Part shown: piece after piece, positions 8,145 through 16,517 of the stretch
Numbering within the stretch: position 1 is the stretch's first letter
How the letters are laid out: each line of letters starts with the position of its first letter
Assembly (NCBI GenBank): GCA_046734155.1
Contig: JBKPQP010000141.1
Span: 1-48,412, forward strand
Source of the DNA: Actinomycetota bacterium
Lineage (GTDB): Bacteria; Actinomycetota; Thermoleophilia; Gaiellales; Gaiellaceae
Reading direction: 5' to 3'
Length of the DNA: 48,412 bases
Program-made: the position numbers and the translations under genes
The notes under the pieces: model-generated
The model's database searches: none
The model's input: the letters and a program-made list of their open reading frames with translations, nothing else
What the model was told of the DNA's origin: nothing

Positions 8145-9422
8145 ATGCTCCATCTCGTCAACGTCGGACATAAGTCTCTGGCGGACTACGCGTCGCTGGC
8201 GTCGCGTGGTCTGATGACGGAGATCCGCCGGCTCGCCGAGCCGCTCCAAGGCAAGCGCATCGTCCATCTGTCTGCGACCGCCTTCGGCGGGGGCGTTGCG
8301 GAGATCAACTACGCGCTCGTGCCGCTGATGGCGGACGTTGGACTGGACGTCGAATGGCGGATCATCCAAGGCGACGACGAGTTCTTCGGGGTCACGAAGG
8401 CGATTCACAACGCGCTCCAGGGCGACCCCCACGGCCTCACGAAGCAGCAGGAGGCGACGTTCCGGCGCTACAACGCGCTGAACGCGGATCTGTTCGAGGA
8501 CGAGTACGACTACGTGATCGTCCACGACCCGCAGCCGGCGGCGATGATCGACCACTTTCCGGACTCGGACGCACACTGGATCTGGCGTTGCCACATCGAT
8601 CTCTCCACGCCGAACCGGAACGTGCTGGGTTTCCTCGCACCGTCGCTCGAGCGCTACGAGGCGGCGATCTTCCACATGCCCGAGTACGTATCCCGGCAGG
8701 TCGCGCTGAGGCAGGCTGTCATCTGGCCGCCCGCGATCGACCCGCTGACGCCGAAGAACATGGCGCTCTCGGCCGAGGACGCCTCCTACGTCGTCGACCA
8801 GTTCGGGATCCACCTCGAACGGCCGTTACTGACGCAGATCTCGCGCTTCGACCCCTGGAAGGACCCGCTCGGCGTGATCGATGCGTACCGCTCGGTTCGG
8901 CAGACCCATCCGGACGTGCAGCTCGCGCTCGTTGGCTCGATGGCACACGACGACCCCGAGGGCTGGGACTACTACAACAAGACGGTTGCGCACGCCGCCG
9001 GCGATCCGGACATCTTCATCCTGTCCAACCTGAACAACATCGGCTCGGTCGAGGTGAACGCGTTCCAGGTGCACTCCGCAGCGCTGATCCAGAAGTCGAT
9101 TCGTGAGGGCTTCGGGCTGACGGTGACCGAGGCGCTCTGGAAGGCGAAGCCGACGATCGGCGGGCGGGCAGGCGGGATCGTCGCCCAGATCAAGGACGGG
9201 GAAACCGGTTGGCTCGTAGACTCGGCCGAGAAGTGCGCCGACGCCTGCCGCGAGATCCTCGACGACCCGGTGGGCGCGGCCGCTCGCGGCCGCCGGGGGA
9301 AGGAAGACGTCCGCGTGCGTTTCCTCATGCCGCGTCTCCTGCGCGACTGGCTCGCGCTCTTCAACCAGCTGGCCGGGAACGATCTCGGCGAGACCGCGCT
9401 CGAAACCGTGGCGGCTGCTTGA
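8145..9422 (+). CDS. treT: Trehalose synthase TreT (GT4, NDP-glucose + glucose)
   Basis: Colinear with archaeal/bacterial TreT as I remember it: KSLADY..., HLSATAFGGGVAEI, FFGVTKAIHNALQG, VHDPQPAA, WIWRCHIDLSTPN, FHMPEYV, SRFDPWKDP, MAHDDPEGW, EVNAFQ, SIREGFGLTVTEALWK, DGETGWLV. Confidence 0.85.
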   Translation: MLHLVNVGHKSLADYASLASRGLMTEIRRLAEPLQGKRIVHLSATAFGGGVAEINYALVPLMADVGLDVEWRIIQGDDEFFGVTKAIHNALQGDPHGLTKQQEATFRRYNALNADLFEDEYDYVIVHDPQPAAMIDHFPDSDAHWIWRCHIDLSTPNRNVLGFLAPSLERYEAAIFHMPEYVSRQVALRQAVIWPPAIDPLTPKNMALSAEDASYVVDQFGIHLERPLLTQISRFDPWKDPLGVIDAYRSVRQTHPDVQLALVGSMAHDDPEGWDYYNKTVAHAAGDPDIFILSNLNNIGSVEVNAFQVHSAALIQKSIREGFGLTVTEALWKAKPTIGGRAGGIVAQIKDGETGWLVDSAEKCADACREILDDPVGAAARGRRGKEDVRVRFLMPRLLRDWLALFNQLAGNDLGETALETVAAA

Positions 9423-9438
9423 CGTAGGCTCCCCGCCG

Positions 9439-10911
9439 ATGGCGGCCCGCAGGAAGCTGATCGTCGTCTCCAACCGCGGCCCGGTGTCGTTCGCGCGCGA
9501 CGAGGACGGCAACCGGGTGACGCGCCGCGGAGGCGGGGGGCTGGTGACGGCCCTGCGCAGCCTCGTCGCGCACCACGACGTGACGTGGATCGCGAGCGCG
9601 ATGACCGACGAGGACCGGGCCGCCGCCGAGGAGGCGGGCGGCGAGGCGATCGACGAGGTCGCGCGCGACGGCTCTCCGTACCGGCTGCGGCTCGTCCCGC
9701 ACGACCTGGCGGCGTACGACTGGTTCTACAACGTCGTCGCGAACCCGACGCTCTGGTTCCTCCAGCACTACCTCTGGGCGCTGGCCTACGCGCCAGACAT
9801 CGATCCGGGCCTTCACCACGCGTGGGACGACGGTTACGTCCCGGTGAATCGATCGTTCGCCGATGCGGTGCTGGCGGAGCTCGAGACGCAGCCGGGCGCT
9901 TCCGTGTTCTTCCACGACTACCACCTGTACCTCGCACCACGGCTCGTCCGCGAGGCGCGGCCCGACGCGGCGCTCGCCCACTTCGTGCATATTCCGTGGC
10001 CGGAGCCGAACCTCTGGCGCGTCCTTCCGGAGCGGATCCGAAACGCGATCTACGACGGGCTCCTCGCCAATGACGTCGTCGGCTTCCATGCCCACCGCTG
10101 GCGCCGGAGCTTCCTGCGGTCGTCGCGGGACCTGCTCGAGGCCGACTGTGACTTCGAAGCAAGCGTCTGCTCGTGGCGTGACGGCAGGACGTTCGTGGCC
10201 GCCCGTCCCATCTCGGTCGACCCGTCCGAGTTCGAATGGGTTGCGGCGAGCGAGCCGGTTCTGGGCTTGGAGGCGGAGCTTGAAACGCGCCGGCCCGAGT
10301 TCCTGATCCTGCGTGTCGACCGGACCGATCCGTCGAAGAACGTCGTCCGTGGCTTCCGCGCGTTCGAGTTCTATCTCGACGCGCATCCCGAGATGCACGG
10401 CCGAGTGGGCATGCTCGCGCTTCTCGACCCGTCCCGGCAGGACATTCCCGAGTACGCCGAGTACCTGGGCGCGATTCAGCGCGCGGCGCGGGTGGTGAAC
10501 GATCGCTTCCAGCAGGAGGGGTGGGCTCCCGTCGACCTGCGGATCGAGGACAACTTCCCGCTCTCAGTGGCGGCGTACAAGCAGTACGACGTGCTGCTCG
10601 TGAACGCGATCTACGACGGGCTGAACCTCGTCGCAAAGGAGGCGCCGCTCGTCAACGAGCGCGACGGGGTGCTGATCCTGTCCGAGAACGCGGGCGCGCA
10701 CGAGGAGCTCGGGCCGTGGGCGCTATCGGTGAACCCGTTCGACCTGGAGGAGCAGGCGCAGGCGATCCACGCGGCGATCGAGATGGGCCGTGACGAGCGG
10801 CGGGCGCGGCTCGAGGCGATTCGGGAGTACGTGCGCACACACGACGTAGGCGCCTGGCTCGAGACGCAGCTCGAGGATCTCGATCGCTGGTCGGCGAAGG
10901 CAACCCGGTGA
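9439..10911 (+). CDS. otsA: Alpha,alpha-trehalose-phosphate synthase OtsA (GT20)
   Basis: KLIVVSNRGPVSF, GGLVTAL, FFHDYHLYLAPRLVR, ILRVDRTDPSKN, LVNAIYDGLNLVAKE. 490 aa. Confidence 0.9.
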   Translation: MAARRKLIVVSNRGPVSFARDEDGNRVTRRGGGGLVTALRSLVAHHDVTWIASAMTDEDRAAAEEAGGEAIDEVARDGSPYRLRLVPHDLAAYDWFYNVVANPTLWFLQHYLWALAYAPDIDPGLHHAWDDGYVPVNRSFADAVLAELETQPGASVFFHDYHLYLAPRLVREARPDAALAHFVHIPWPEPNLWRVLPERIRNAIYDGLLANDVVGFHAHRWRRSFLRSSRDLLEADCDFEASVCSWRDGRTFVAARPISVDPSEFEWVAASEPVLGLEAELETRRPEFLILRVDRTDPSKNVVRGFRAFEFYLDAHPEMHGRVGMLALLDPSRQDIPEYAEYLGAIQRAARVVNDRFQQEGWAPVDLRIEDNFPLSVAAYKQYDVLLVNAIYDGLNLVAKEAPLVNERDGVLILSENAGAHEELGPWALSVNPFDLEEQAQAIHAAIEMGRDERRARLEAIREYVRTHDVGAWLETQLEDLDRWSAKATR

Positions 10912-11354
10912 GCGACCTCTCGCACGTCGACGAGTCGGGGCGGGTGCACATGGTCGACGTCAGCGGGAAGGAGATTTCGCGTCGCCGGGCCGTTGCGCGG
11001 GCGAGTCTGCGGATGGCGCGGGAGACGGCCTCGCGCCTGCGGGAGCTGCCGAAGGGGGATGCGCTCACCGCCGCGCAGCTGGCCGGGATCATGGCGGCCA
11101 AGCGGACGAGTGAACTGATCCCGCTCTGCCATCCGCTGCCATTGACGCACGTGGACGTCGAGCTGTCGGTCGCGGAGACGGCCGTCGAGATCACCGCGTC
11201 GGCGGAGACGACCGCGCAGACCGGGGTGGAGATGGAGGCGCTCGTTGCGGCGACGGTCGCGGCGCTGACGGTCTACGACATGGCGAAGGCGGTCGACGAC
11301 GGAATGGAGCTCTCGGAGGTGCGGCTCGTTGAAAAGACAAAGGAGGCCGTGTGA
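10908..11354 (+). CDS. moaC: Cyclic pyranopterin monophosphate synthase MoaC
   Basis: SHVDESGRVHMVDVSGKEISRRRAVA, ELIPLCHPLPLTHVDV, GVEMEALVAATVAALTVYDMAK. The GTG start overlaps the otsA stop (GTGA). Confidence 0.9.
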   Translation: MSDLSHVDESGRVHMVDVSGKEISRRRAVARASLRMARETASRLRELPKGDALTAAQLAGIMAAKRTSELIPLCHPLPLTHVDVELSVAETAVEITASAETTAQTGVEMEALVAATVAALTVYDMAKAVDDGMELSEVRLVEKTKEAV

Positions 11355-11830
11355 AGGCCGCCGTGCTGACGGTCTCAGACGGCGTCGACATGGGGACGCG
11401 CGACGACGCGAGCGGCGACCTGCTCGAGGAGCTGCTCGCCGGCGAGGGGTTTGAGGTCGTGCGGCGCGTCGTCCCGGACGAGCGGAGCGCGATCGCGGCG
11501 GCGATCGAGGAGCTGGCGGACGAGGCGCGGCTCGTGCTGACGACCGGCGGCACCGGCGTCGGTCCCCGCGACGTGACGCCGGAGGCGACGGCGAGCGTCC
11601 TCGAGCGCATGGTTCCCGGGATCGCAGAGGCTATGCGCGCCGACGCGATCGACAAGACTCCGCATGCATTGCTTTCGCGGGGAATCGCAGGAGTGCGCGG
11701 AACGACGCTCGTCGTCAACCTGCCGGGCTCGAGCGGCGGGTGCCGGGACGGGTTCGCGGTCCTGCAACCGGCGCTTCGCCACGCGCTCGAGTTGCTCGCG
11801 GGCGAGGAGACCGCGCACCGCCAGACGTGA
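11351..11830 (+). CDS. moaB: MoaB/Mog-family molybdenum cofactor biosynthesis protein
   Basis: 159 aa. MoCF_biosynth fold: AAVLTVSDG, LVLTTGGTGVGPRDVTPEA, NLPGSSGG. GTGA overlap with the moaC stop. I cannot distinguish MoaB from Mog by eye. Confidence 0.8.
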   Translation: MKAAVLTVSDGVDMGTRDDASGDLLEELLAGEGFEVVRRVVPDERSAIAAAIEELADEARLVLTTGGTGVGPRDVTPEATASVLERMVPGIAEAMRADAIDKTPHALLSRGIAGVRGTTLVVNLPGSSGGCRDGFAVLQPALRHALELLAGEETAHRQT

Positions 11831-12675
11831 AGCCGGCCCGGTTCATCTCGCTCGTCAAGTTCGAGCACACGATCTTCGCGCTCCCGTTCGCGTACGTCGG
11901 CGCGTTCCTGGCCGTCGACGGCGTCCCGTCGGCGCACGACCTGCTCTGGATCACGGTCGCGATGATCGGCGCCCGTTCGCTGGCGATGGGGCTCAACCGG
12001 CTGATCGACGCGGGCATCGACGCTCGGAATCCACGGACGGCGAGCCGCGAGCTTCCGTCTGGCCAGCTGACCGAACCGCAGGTCGCGCTCTTCTGCCTCG
12101 TCTCGCTCGGCGTGTTCCTGCTCGCCGTCTGGCAGCTCGACCCGATCGTCCGCTGGCTCTGGCCGATTCCCGTGGCCGGGTTCGTGATCTACCCGTACCT
12201 GAAGCGGTTCACCTGGCTCTCTCACCTGTGGCTCGGCGCCGTCGACGGGCTCGCGCCGATGGGCGCCTGGATTGCGATCACGGGCCATCTGCCACTCGCG
12301 GCCTGGCTGCTCGGGGCCGCCGTCGCCTGCTGGGTGGCCGGGTTCGACTGCTTCTACGCGCTGCTCGACGTCGACTTCGACCGGCGCGAGGGGCTGAAGT
12401 CAGTCGCGACTGCGTTCGGCGAACGAGGAGCGTTCTGGGCGGCGCGCGTGCTGCACGTGGCGACCGTCGGGCTGCTCATCTGGGTCGGCGTGCTACTCGA
12501 CGTCGGCGTCTTCTACTGGCTCGGCGTCTTCGCGGTGGCGGTGTTGCTGATCTACGAGCACGCGCTCGTGCGGCCGGGCGACCTGCGGCGGCTCGACACC
12601 GCCTTCTTCTTGATGAACGGGATCATCAGTGTCACGTTCTTCGCGTTCGTGCTGCTCGACGTGGTCGTCTCGTAG
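11827..12675 (+). CDS. UbiA-family aromatic prenyltransferase (4-hydroxybenzoate polyprenyltransferase-like)
   Basis: Start taken at GTG 11827 (GTGA overlap with the moaB stop); the track start is 11740. FISLVKFEHTIFALPFAY. Asp-rich motifs NRLIDAGIDARNPRTASRELPSG and YALLDVDFDRREGLKS. Multiple TM helices. Confidence 0.8.
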   Translation: MKPARFISLVKFEHTIFALPFAYVGAFLAVDGVPSAHDLLWITVAMIGARSLAMGLNRLIDAGIDARNPRTASRELPSGQLTEPQVALFCLVSLGVFLLAVWQLDPIVRWLWPIPVAGFVIYPYLKRFTWLSHLWLGAVDGLAPMGAWIAITGHLPLAAWLLGAAVACWVAGFDCFYALLDVDFDRREGLKSVATAFGERGAFWAARVLHVATVGLLIWVGVLLDVGVFYWLGVFAVAVLLIYEHALVRPGDLRRLDTAFFLMNGIISVTFFAFVLLDVVVS

Positions 12676-13650
12676 CTAGCGCCAGTCCGGCTCGAGATCC
12701 CAGACGCCGTTCTTCGTGATCGGTTTCGGCGCGCCGCCGGCGGCGTCGACCACGTAGATGTCGTTCGAGTCGCCGCGCTTCGCGAGGTCCGAAACGAACG
12801 CGATCTGCGTTCCGTCGGGCGACCAGCTCGGCGAGCTGTCCTGCGCCTTCTCGTTCGTCAGCCGGCGCGGGTTGGCGCCGTCAGCATCGGCAATGTAGAT
12901 CTCGTCGCTCGGCTGGCACTCCTCGAAGCAGGTCTGGCCGTTCTTGTCCCGCCCGCTCGAGAACGCGATGTGCTTGCCATCCGGCGCCCAGTCGGGCTCG
13001 GCAGCGCCCGGGATAACCTCCTTGGCGGCCTTGCCGTCGCTGTTCATCACGTACACGGAGGCCTTTGCGATGCCATTCGGGAACGAGACACGCGTGAATG
13101 CGATCTGGGTGCCGTCGGGGGACCAATCCGGCGTCACGAGGAGCACGCCCTTGGCTCGGAAGAGCTCGCGCTGGTCCGAGCCGTCCGCGTCCATGACGTA
13201 GAGCGCGGCGCTGGGGACCTCCGCCGACAGGTCGACGCCGCGGCTGAAGACGATGTGCTTTCTGTCTGGCGACCACGCGGGTGAGAAGTCCGGAACGGCG
13301 TTCTCGGTCAACCGTTCGACCTGGCCGCCGTCCGCGTCCATGACGTAGATGTCTTCGAGTGTCGGATCCTGGATGACTGCGTCCCCTGTGCCCGTGTACG
13401 CGATCTGCGTGGCGTCGGGTGACCAGGCGGGGGCCGTGCTGCCGGCGGCCTCGGACCCCTCCGGGCGCGAAGGGGTCAGCTGCTTCTGCGACTGTCCCGC
13501 CTCGTCCATCAACCAGATTTCACCCCAGCCGTTGTCGTTGACCGTGAACACGATCGGCTGGCTCGGGGCGCTGCTCGACTCGCCGCCGCACCCGGCCGCG
13601 ACGGCCGCGATGAGAACGAGAGCGAGGAATGGGGTCCGACGAAGGGTCAT
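12676..13650 (-). CDS. TolB-like beta-propeller lipoprotein (PD40 repeats)
   Basis: Lipoprotein signal MTLRRTPFLALVLIAAVAAGCGG (lipobox AAGC). Five W-S-P-D-G type blades: PAWSPDATQIAY, PAWSPDRKHIVF, PDWSPDGTQIAF, PDWAPDGKHIAF, PSWSPDGTQIAF. Confidence 0.85.
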   Translation of the reverse strand: MTLRRTPFLALVLIAAVAAGCGGESSSAPSQPIVFTVNDNGWGEIWLMDEAGQSQKQLTPSRPEGSEAAGSTAPAWSPDATQIAYTGTGDAVIQDPTLEDIYVMDADGGQVERLTENAVPDFSPAWSPDRKHIVFSRGVDLSAEVPSAALYVMDADGSDQRELFRAKGVLLVTPDWSPDGTQIAFTRVSFPNGIAKASVYVMNSDGKAAKEVIPGAAEPDWAPDGKHIAFSSGRDKNGQTCFEECQPSDEIYIADADGANPRRLTNEKAQDSSPSWSPDGTQIAFVSDLAKRGDSNDIYVVDAAGGAPKPITKNGVWDLEPDWR

Positions 13651-13652
13651 GG

Positions 13653-14258
13653 ATGGAGGAATCTAGACTCACGGACGTGATTCGCGCTCGAAAGTTGTCC
13701 AAGCGGTTCGGCGACAAGCGCGTCCTCGAGGGCCTCGATCTCGAGGTGCCGCGTGGCGGGTTCGTGCTCGTCACCGGGCCGAACGGGTCCGGGAAGACGA
13801 CCTTGTTGCGGCTGTGCGCAGGTCTATTCGCTCCGACCGGGGGCGAGCTCGAGGTCGACGTTCCGCGCGGCGCGATCGGGTTCCTGGCGCACGAGCCGCT
13901 CGTCTACCGTGAGCTGACGCCGCTCGAGAACCTGGACCTCTACGGGCGGCTCTACCGGCTTTCCCAGCGGCGTGAGCGGGCCGGCGCGATGCTCGAGCGG
14001 TTCGGGCTCTGGCGGGTGCGAAACGAACGCGTGGGGACGTTCTCGCGCGGGATGCTCCAGCGCCTCGCGCTCTGCCGGACGTTCCTGCACGACCCGGATT
14101 TGCTGCTCCTCGACGAGCCGTTCGACGGGCTCGACGTAGAAGGTGCCGATCTGCTCCAGGCGGAGCTCACGGAGCGGACAGGGGTCACGGCCCTCGTCGC
14201 GACCCACGACCCGGAGGCGCTCGCCGGCCGCGCGAGCGCCCGCCTGGCATTGGCATGA
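13653..14258 (+). CDS. ccmA: Heme exporter ATP-binding protein CcmA
   Basis: Walker A GPNGSGKTTLLRL, signature FSRGMLQRLAL, Walker B LLLLDEPFDGLD. Lies upstream of ccmB/ccmC. Start uncertain (13629, ATG 13653 or GTG 13677). Confidence 0.8.
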   Translation: MEESRLTDVIRARKLSKRFGDKRVLEGLDLEVPRGGFVLVTGPNGSGKTTLLRLCAGLFAPTGGELEVDVPRGAIGFLAHEPLVYRELTPLENLDLYGRLYRLSQRRERAGAMLERFGLWRVRNERVGTFSRGMLQRLALCRTFLHDPDLLLLDEPFDGLDVEGADLLQAELTERTGVTALVATHDPEALAGRASARLALA

Positions 14259-14896
14259 GCGCGTACGCCGGAGACGTCGCAGCGCTCGCGCGCAAGGACC
14301 TGCTGCTCGAGCTGCGCTCGCGGGACACGCTGCCGGCGATGCTGCTCTTCGTCGTCTCGGCGCTGACGATCTTCCACTTCGCGCTTCCGAGCGGCTCGTC
14401 GGAGCGCGCCGAGACGGGCCTGCTGTGGATCGCGATCGTCTTCACGGCGCTTCTCGGGCTTACGCGCGCGTTCGCGGCCGAGCGGGAGCAGGGGCTCCTC
14501 GACGGGCTCGTCCTCGCGCCGTGCGACCGGAGCGCGATCTGGCTCGGCAAGACGATCGGCGTGACGGTGTTCCTCGTGCTGGCGGAGATCGTCGCGCTGC
14601 CTGCGTTCGCGCTCTTCTTCCACCCACTTTCCTGGGAGCTCGTCGCGGCAGTGGCCCTGGCCGACGTCGGCATCGCCGCGATCGGCACGCTGCTCGCCGC
14701 CATTGCGGCAGCGAGCCGTGCCCGAGAGCTCCTGCTCCCGCTCCTCTTCCTCCCGCTCGCGATTCCGGTCGTGATCGGCGGCGTCGGCGCGAGCATCGCC
14801 GCGAATCCAGGGACTTTCCTCGCCTTTCTCGTCCTGTACGACGCCGTTTTTGCGATTCTCTCGTGGGCGAGCTTTGAGTACGTGGTTACAGAGTGA
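14255..14896 (+). CDS. ccmB: Heme exporter membrane protein CcmB
   Basis: 213 aa, about 6 TM helices. FAAEREQGLLDGL resembles the CcmB motif. ATGA overlap with the ccmA stop. Lies between ccmA and ccmC. Confidence 0.8.
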   Translation: MSAYAGDVAALARKDLLLELRSRDTLPAMLLFVVSALTIFHFALPSGSSERAETGLLWIAIVFTALLGLTRAFAAEREQGLLDGLVLAPCDRSAIWLGKTIGVTVFLVLAEIVALPAFALFFHPLSWELVAAVALADVGIAAIGTLLAAIAAASRARELLLPLLFLPLAIPVVIGGVGASIAANPGTFLAFLVLYDAVFAILSWASFEYVVTE

Positions 14897-15590
14897 ACAC
14901 AGAAGGGGGCCCTCGCTGCGCTTCGGGCCCCCACTTCTTGCTGCGGCGGCCGCGGCGCTGTTGATCGGCGGCTACGCGCTCGCGTTCTACTGGGCGCCCG
15001 AGGATGCGGACCAGGGCTTCAGCCAGAAGATCTTCTACCTGCACGTGCCGATCGCGCTCACTGCGTACGCATGCTTCGGGTGGGGAGCCTGGAAGGCGCT
15101 GCGGCTGCTCTGGACCGGCGATCGCCGTTACGACCTCGAGAGCTACACCGCGGTGCACATGGGCGTCATCTTCGGGCTGCTCACGCTGGTCACCGGCTCG
15201 ATCTGGGCCAAGATCTCGTGGGGCGAATGGTGGACCTGGGGCGAGCGCCAGCTCGTGCTCTTCCTGATCCTGTTCCTCTTCTACTCGTCGTACTTCATGC
15301 TCCGCTACTCGACCGAGCCGGGGCCGCGCCGGGAGCGCAACTCGGCGGTGTACGCGCTGTTCGGGGTCGTTCTGATCCCCGTCAGCTTCCTCGCGGTGCG
15401 GATCGCCGGGACGATCCTGCACCCGACGGTCTTCACGCACGAGGGGGCGAACCTGCCCTGGCAGATGCTCGTCTGCTTTCTGATCTGCCTCGCCGGGATG
15501 CTCGCCCTGGCGGCGACGCTCTACCGCGTCGAGCTGACCGGGAAGCGAGCGGACGCGAGCCTGCGCGAGCTCAGGGAGCTGCTCGCGTGA
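14850..15590 (+). CDS. ccmC: Heme exporter / heme-handling protein CcmC
   Basis: IFYLHVP (first conserved His), Trp-rich loop SWGEWWTWGERQ (15219-15251), second His in TILHPTVF. Polytopic. The TTG start at 14850 is uncertain and overlaps ccmB by 47 nt. Confidence 0.8.
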   Translation: MRFSRGRALSTWLQSEHRRGPSLRFGPPLLAAAAAALLIGGYALAFYWAPEDADQGFSQKIFYLHVPIALTAYACFGWGAWKALRLLWTGDRRYDLESYTAVHMGVIFGLLTLVTGSIWAKISWGEWWTWGERQLVLFLILFLFYSSYFMLRYSTEPGPRRERNSAVYALFGVVLIPVSFLAVRIAGTILHPTVFTHEGANLPWQMLVCFLICLAGMLALAATLYRVELTGKRADASLRELRELLA

Positions 15591-15739
15591 CGACCGCCGA
15601 GAAATACGTGACCGGCGCGTACCTCGTCCTGCTCGGGGCGTTGCTCGTCTATCTGCTGATCGTCGCGCTCAAGGTCTCGCGGCTCGAGCAAGAGCTCACC
15701 GACCTGACGCGCCTCGCGCGGGAGAAGCAGGGTGGCTGA
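15587..15739 (+). CDS. Small single-TM protein in the ccmD position (CcmD-like)
   Basis: 50 codons from GTG 15587 (GTGA overlap with the ccmC stop): VTTAEKYVTGAYLVLLGALLVYLLIVALKVSRLEQELTDLTRLAREKQGG. It is hidden inside the longer out-of-context track ORF 15071..15739. The call rests on size, topology and position only. Confidence 0.55.
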   Translation: MTTAEKYVTGAYLVLLGALLVYLLIVALKVSRLEQELTDLTRLAREKQGG

Positions 15740-16517
15740 GCTGCTCTTCTGGCCCGCGTTCCTCGCCTACGGCGAGGCGGCGTTCGCCTACGCGGGCGAT
15801 GCGCGGCGGCCCGGGTCGATGGGCAGGCTCGCGACCTGGGGCGTGCGCATCGGCTGGCTCGTGCAGACGGCGCTTCTCGTCGCGCAGGCGGCACGCGCGG
15901 ACGGCTTTCCGTGGGATACCTGGGCCGGCTCACTGAACCTCTTCGTCTGGCTCGTCGTCGGGGCATACCTGATCTGGGGCTGCAAGCCGCGGTTCCGGCT
16001 GCTCGGGCTCGTCGTGATGCCGTTGGCGGCGCTGCTCCTGGCGATCTCGTACGTCGCCGGAGGAGTGGACGGCTCCGGCACGACCGGCTATTCCTCGCTG
16101 TTCCTGGTCGCGCACGTCGGGCTCGTTCTGGCCGGCTTCGCGGGGCTGACACTCGCCGCTGCTCTCGCAGCGCTCTACCTCTGGCAGGAGCGGGAGCTGA
16201 AGCGGCGCAGCTCGACGGTCCTGCGCTTCCGCGCACCGTCGCTCGTCACGCTCGAGTCGCTCTTTGCGCGCACGATCGCCTATTCGCTGCCGGTGCTCAC
16301 GTTGGGGATGGCCGTCGGCTTCGCCCGCCTTCGTCGCGACTCGCACCTCGACCCGCTCATCGTCCTCACCGTGTTGACCTGGGCGGTGTACGGCGCCTTC
16401 CTGGTGCTTCGGTTCGGAGCCGGCTGGCACGGGCGGCGCGCCGCGTACACGACGCTCGCCGGCTTCGCGCTCGTCGTCGCCATGCAGCTCAGCCTGCACA
16501 TGGGGCACTTCGCATGA
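15732..16517 (+). CDS. CcsA/ResC-family membrane protein lacking an obvious WWD motif (HemX-like)
   Basis: 261 aa, about 8 TM helices. LYLWQERELKRRS...FRAPSLVTLESL matches the cytochrome c assembly (PF01578-type) core as in Bacillus HemX. Its stop overlaps the hemA ATG (ATGA). Confidence 0.7.
   Translation: MAELLFWPAFLAYGEAAFAYAGDARRPGSMGRLATWGVRIGWLVQTALLVAQAARADGFPWDTWAGSLNLFVWLVVGAYLIWGCKPRFRLLGLVVMPLAALLLAISYVAGGVDGSGTTGYSSLFLVAHVGLVLAGFAGLTLAAALAALYLWQERELKRRSSTVLRFRAPSLVTLESLFARTIAYSLPVLTLGMAVGFARLRRDSHLDPLIVLTVLTWAVYGAFLVLRFGAGWHGRRAAYTTLAGFALVVAMQLSLHMGHFA

Noticed and set aside
8972-10636. 554-aa minus-strand ORF antisense to treT/otsA
   Set aside because: The composition is almost entirely Arg/Pro/Ala/Ser/Gly with no motifs. 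It lies opposite two genes with unmistakable family signatures. This is a typical stop-free antisense frame in GC-rich DNA.
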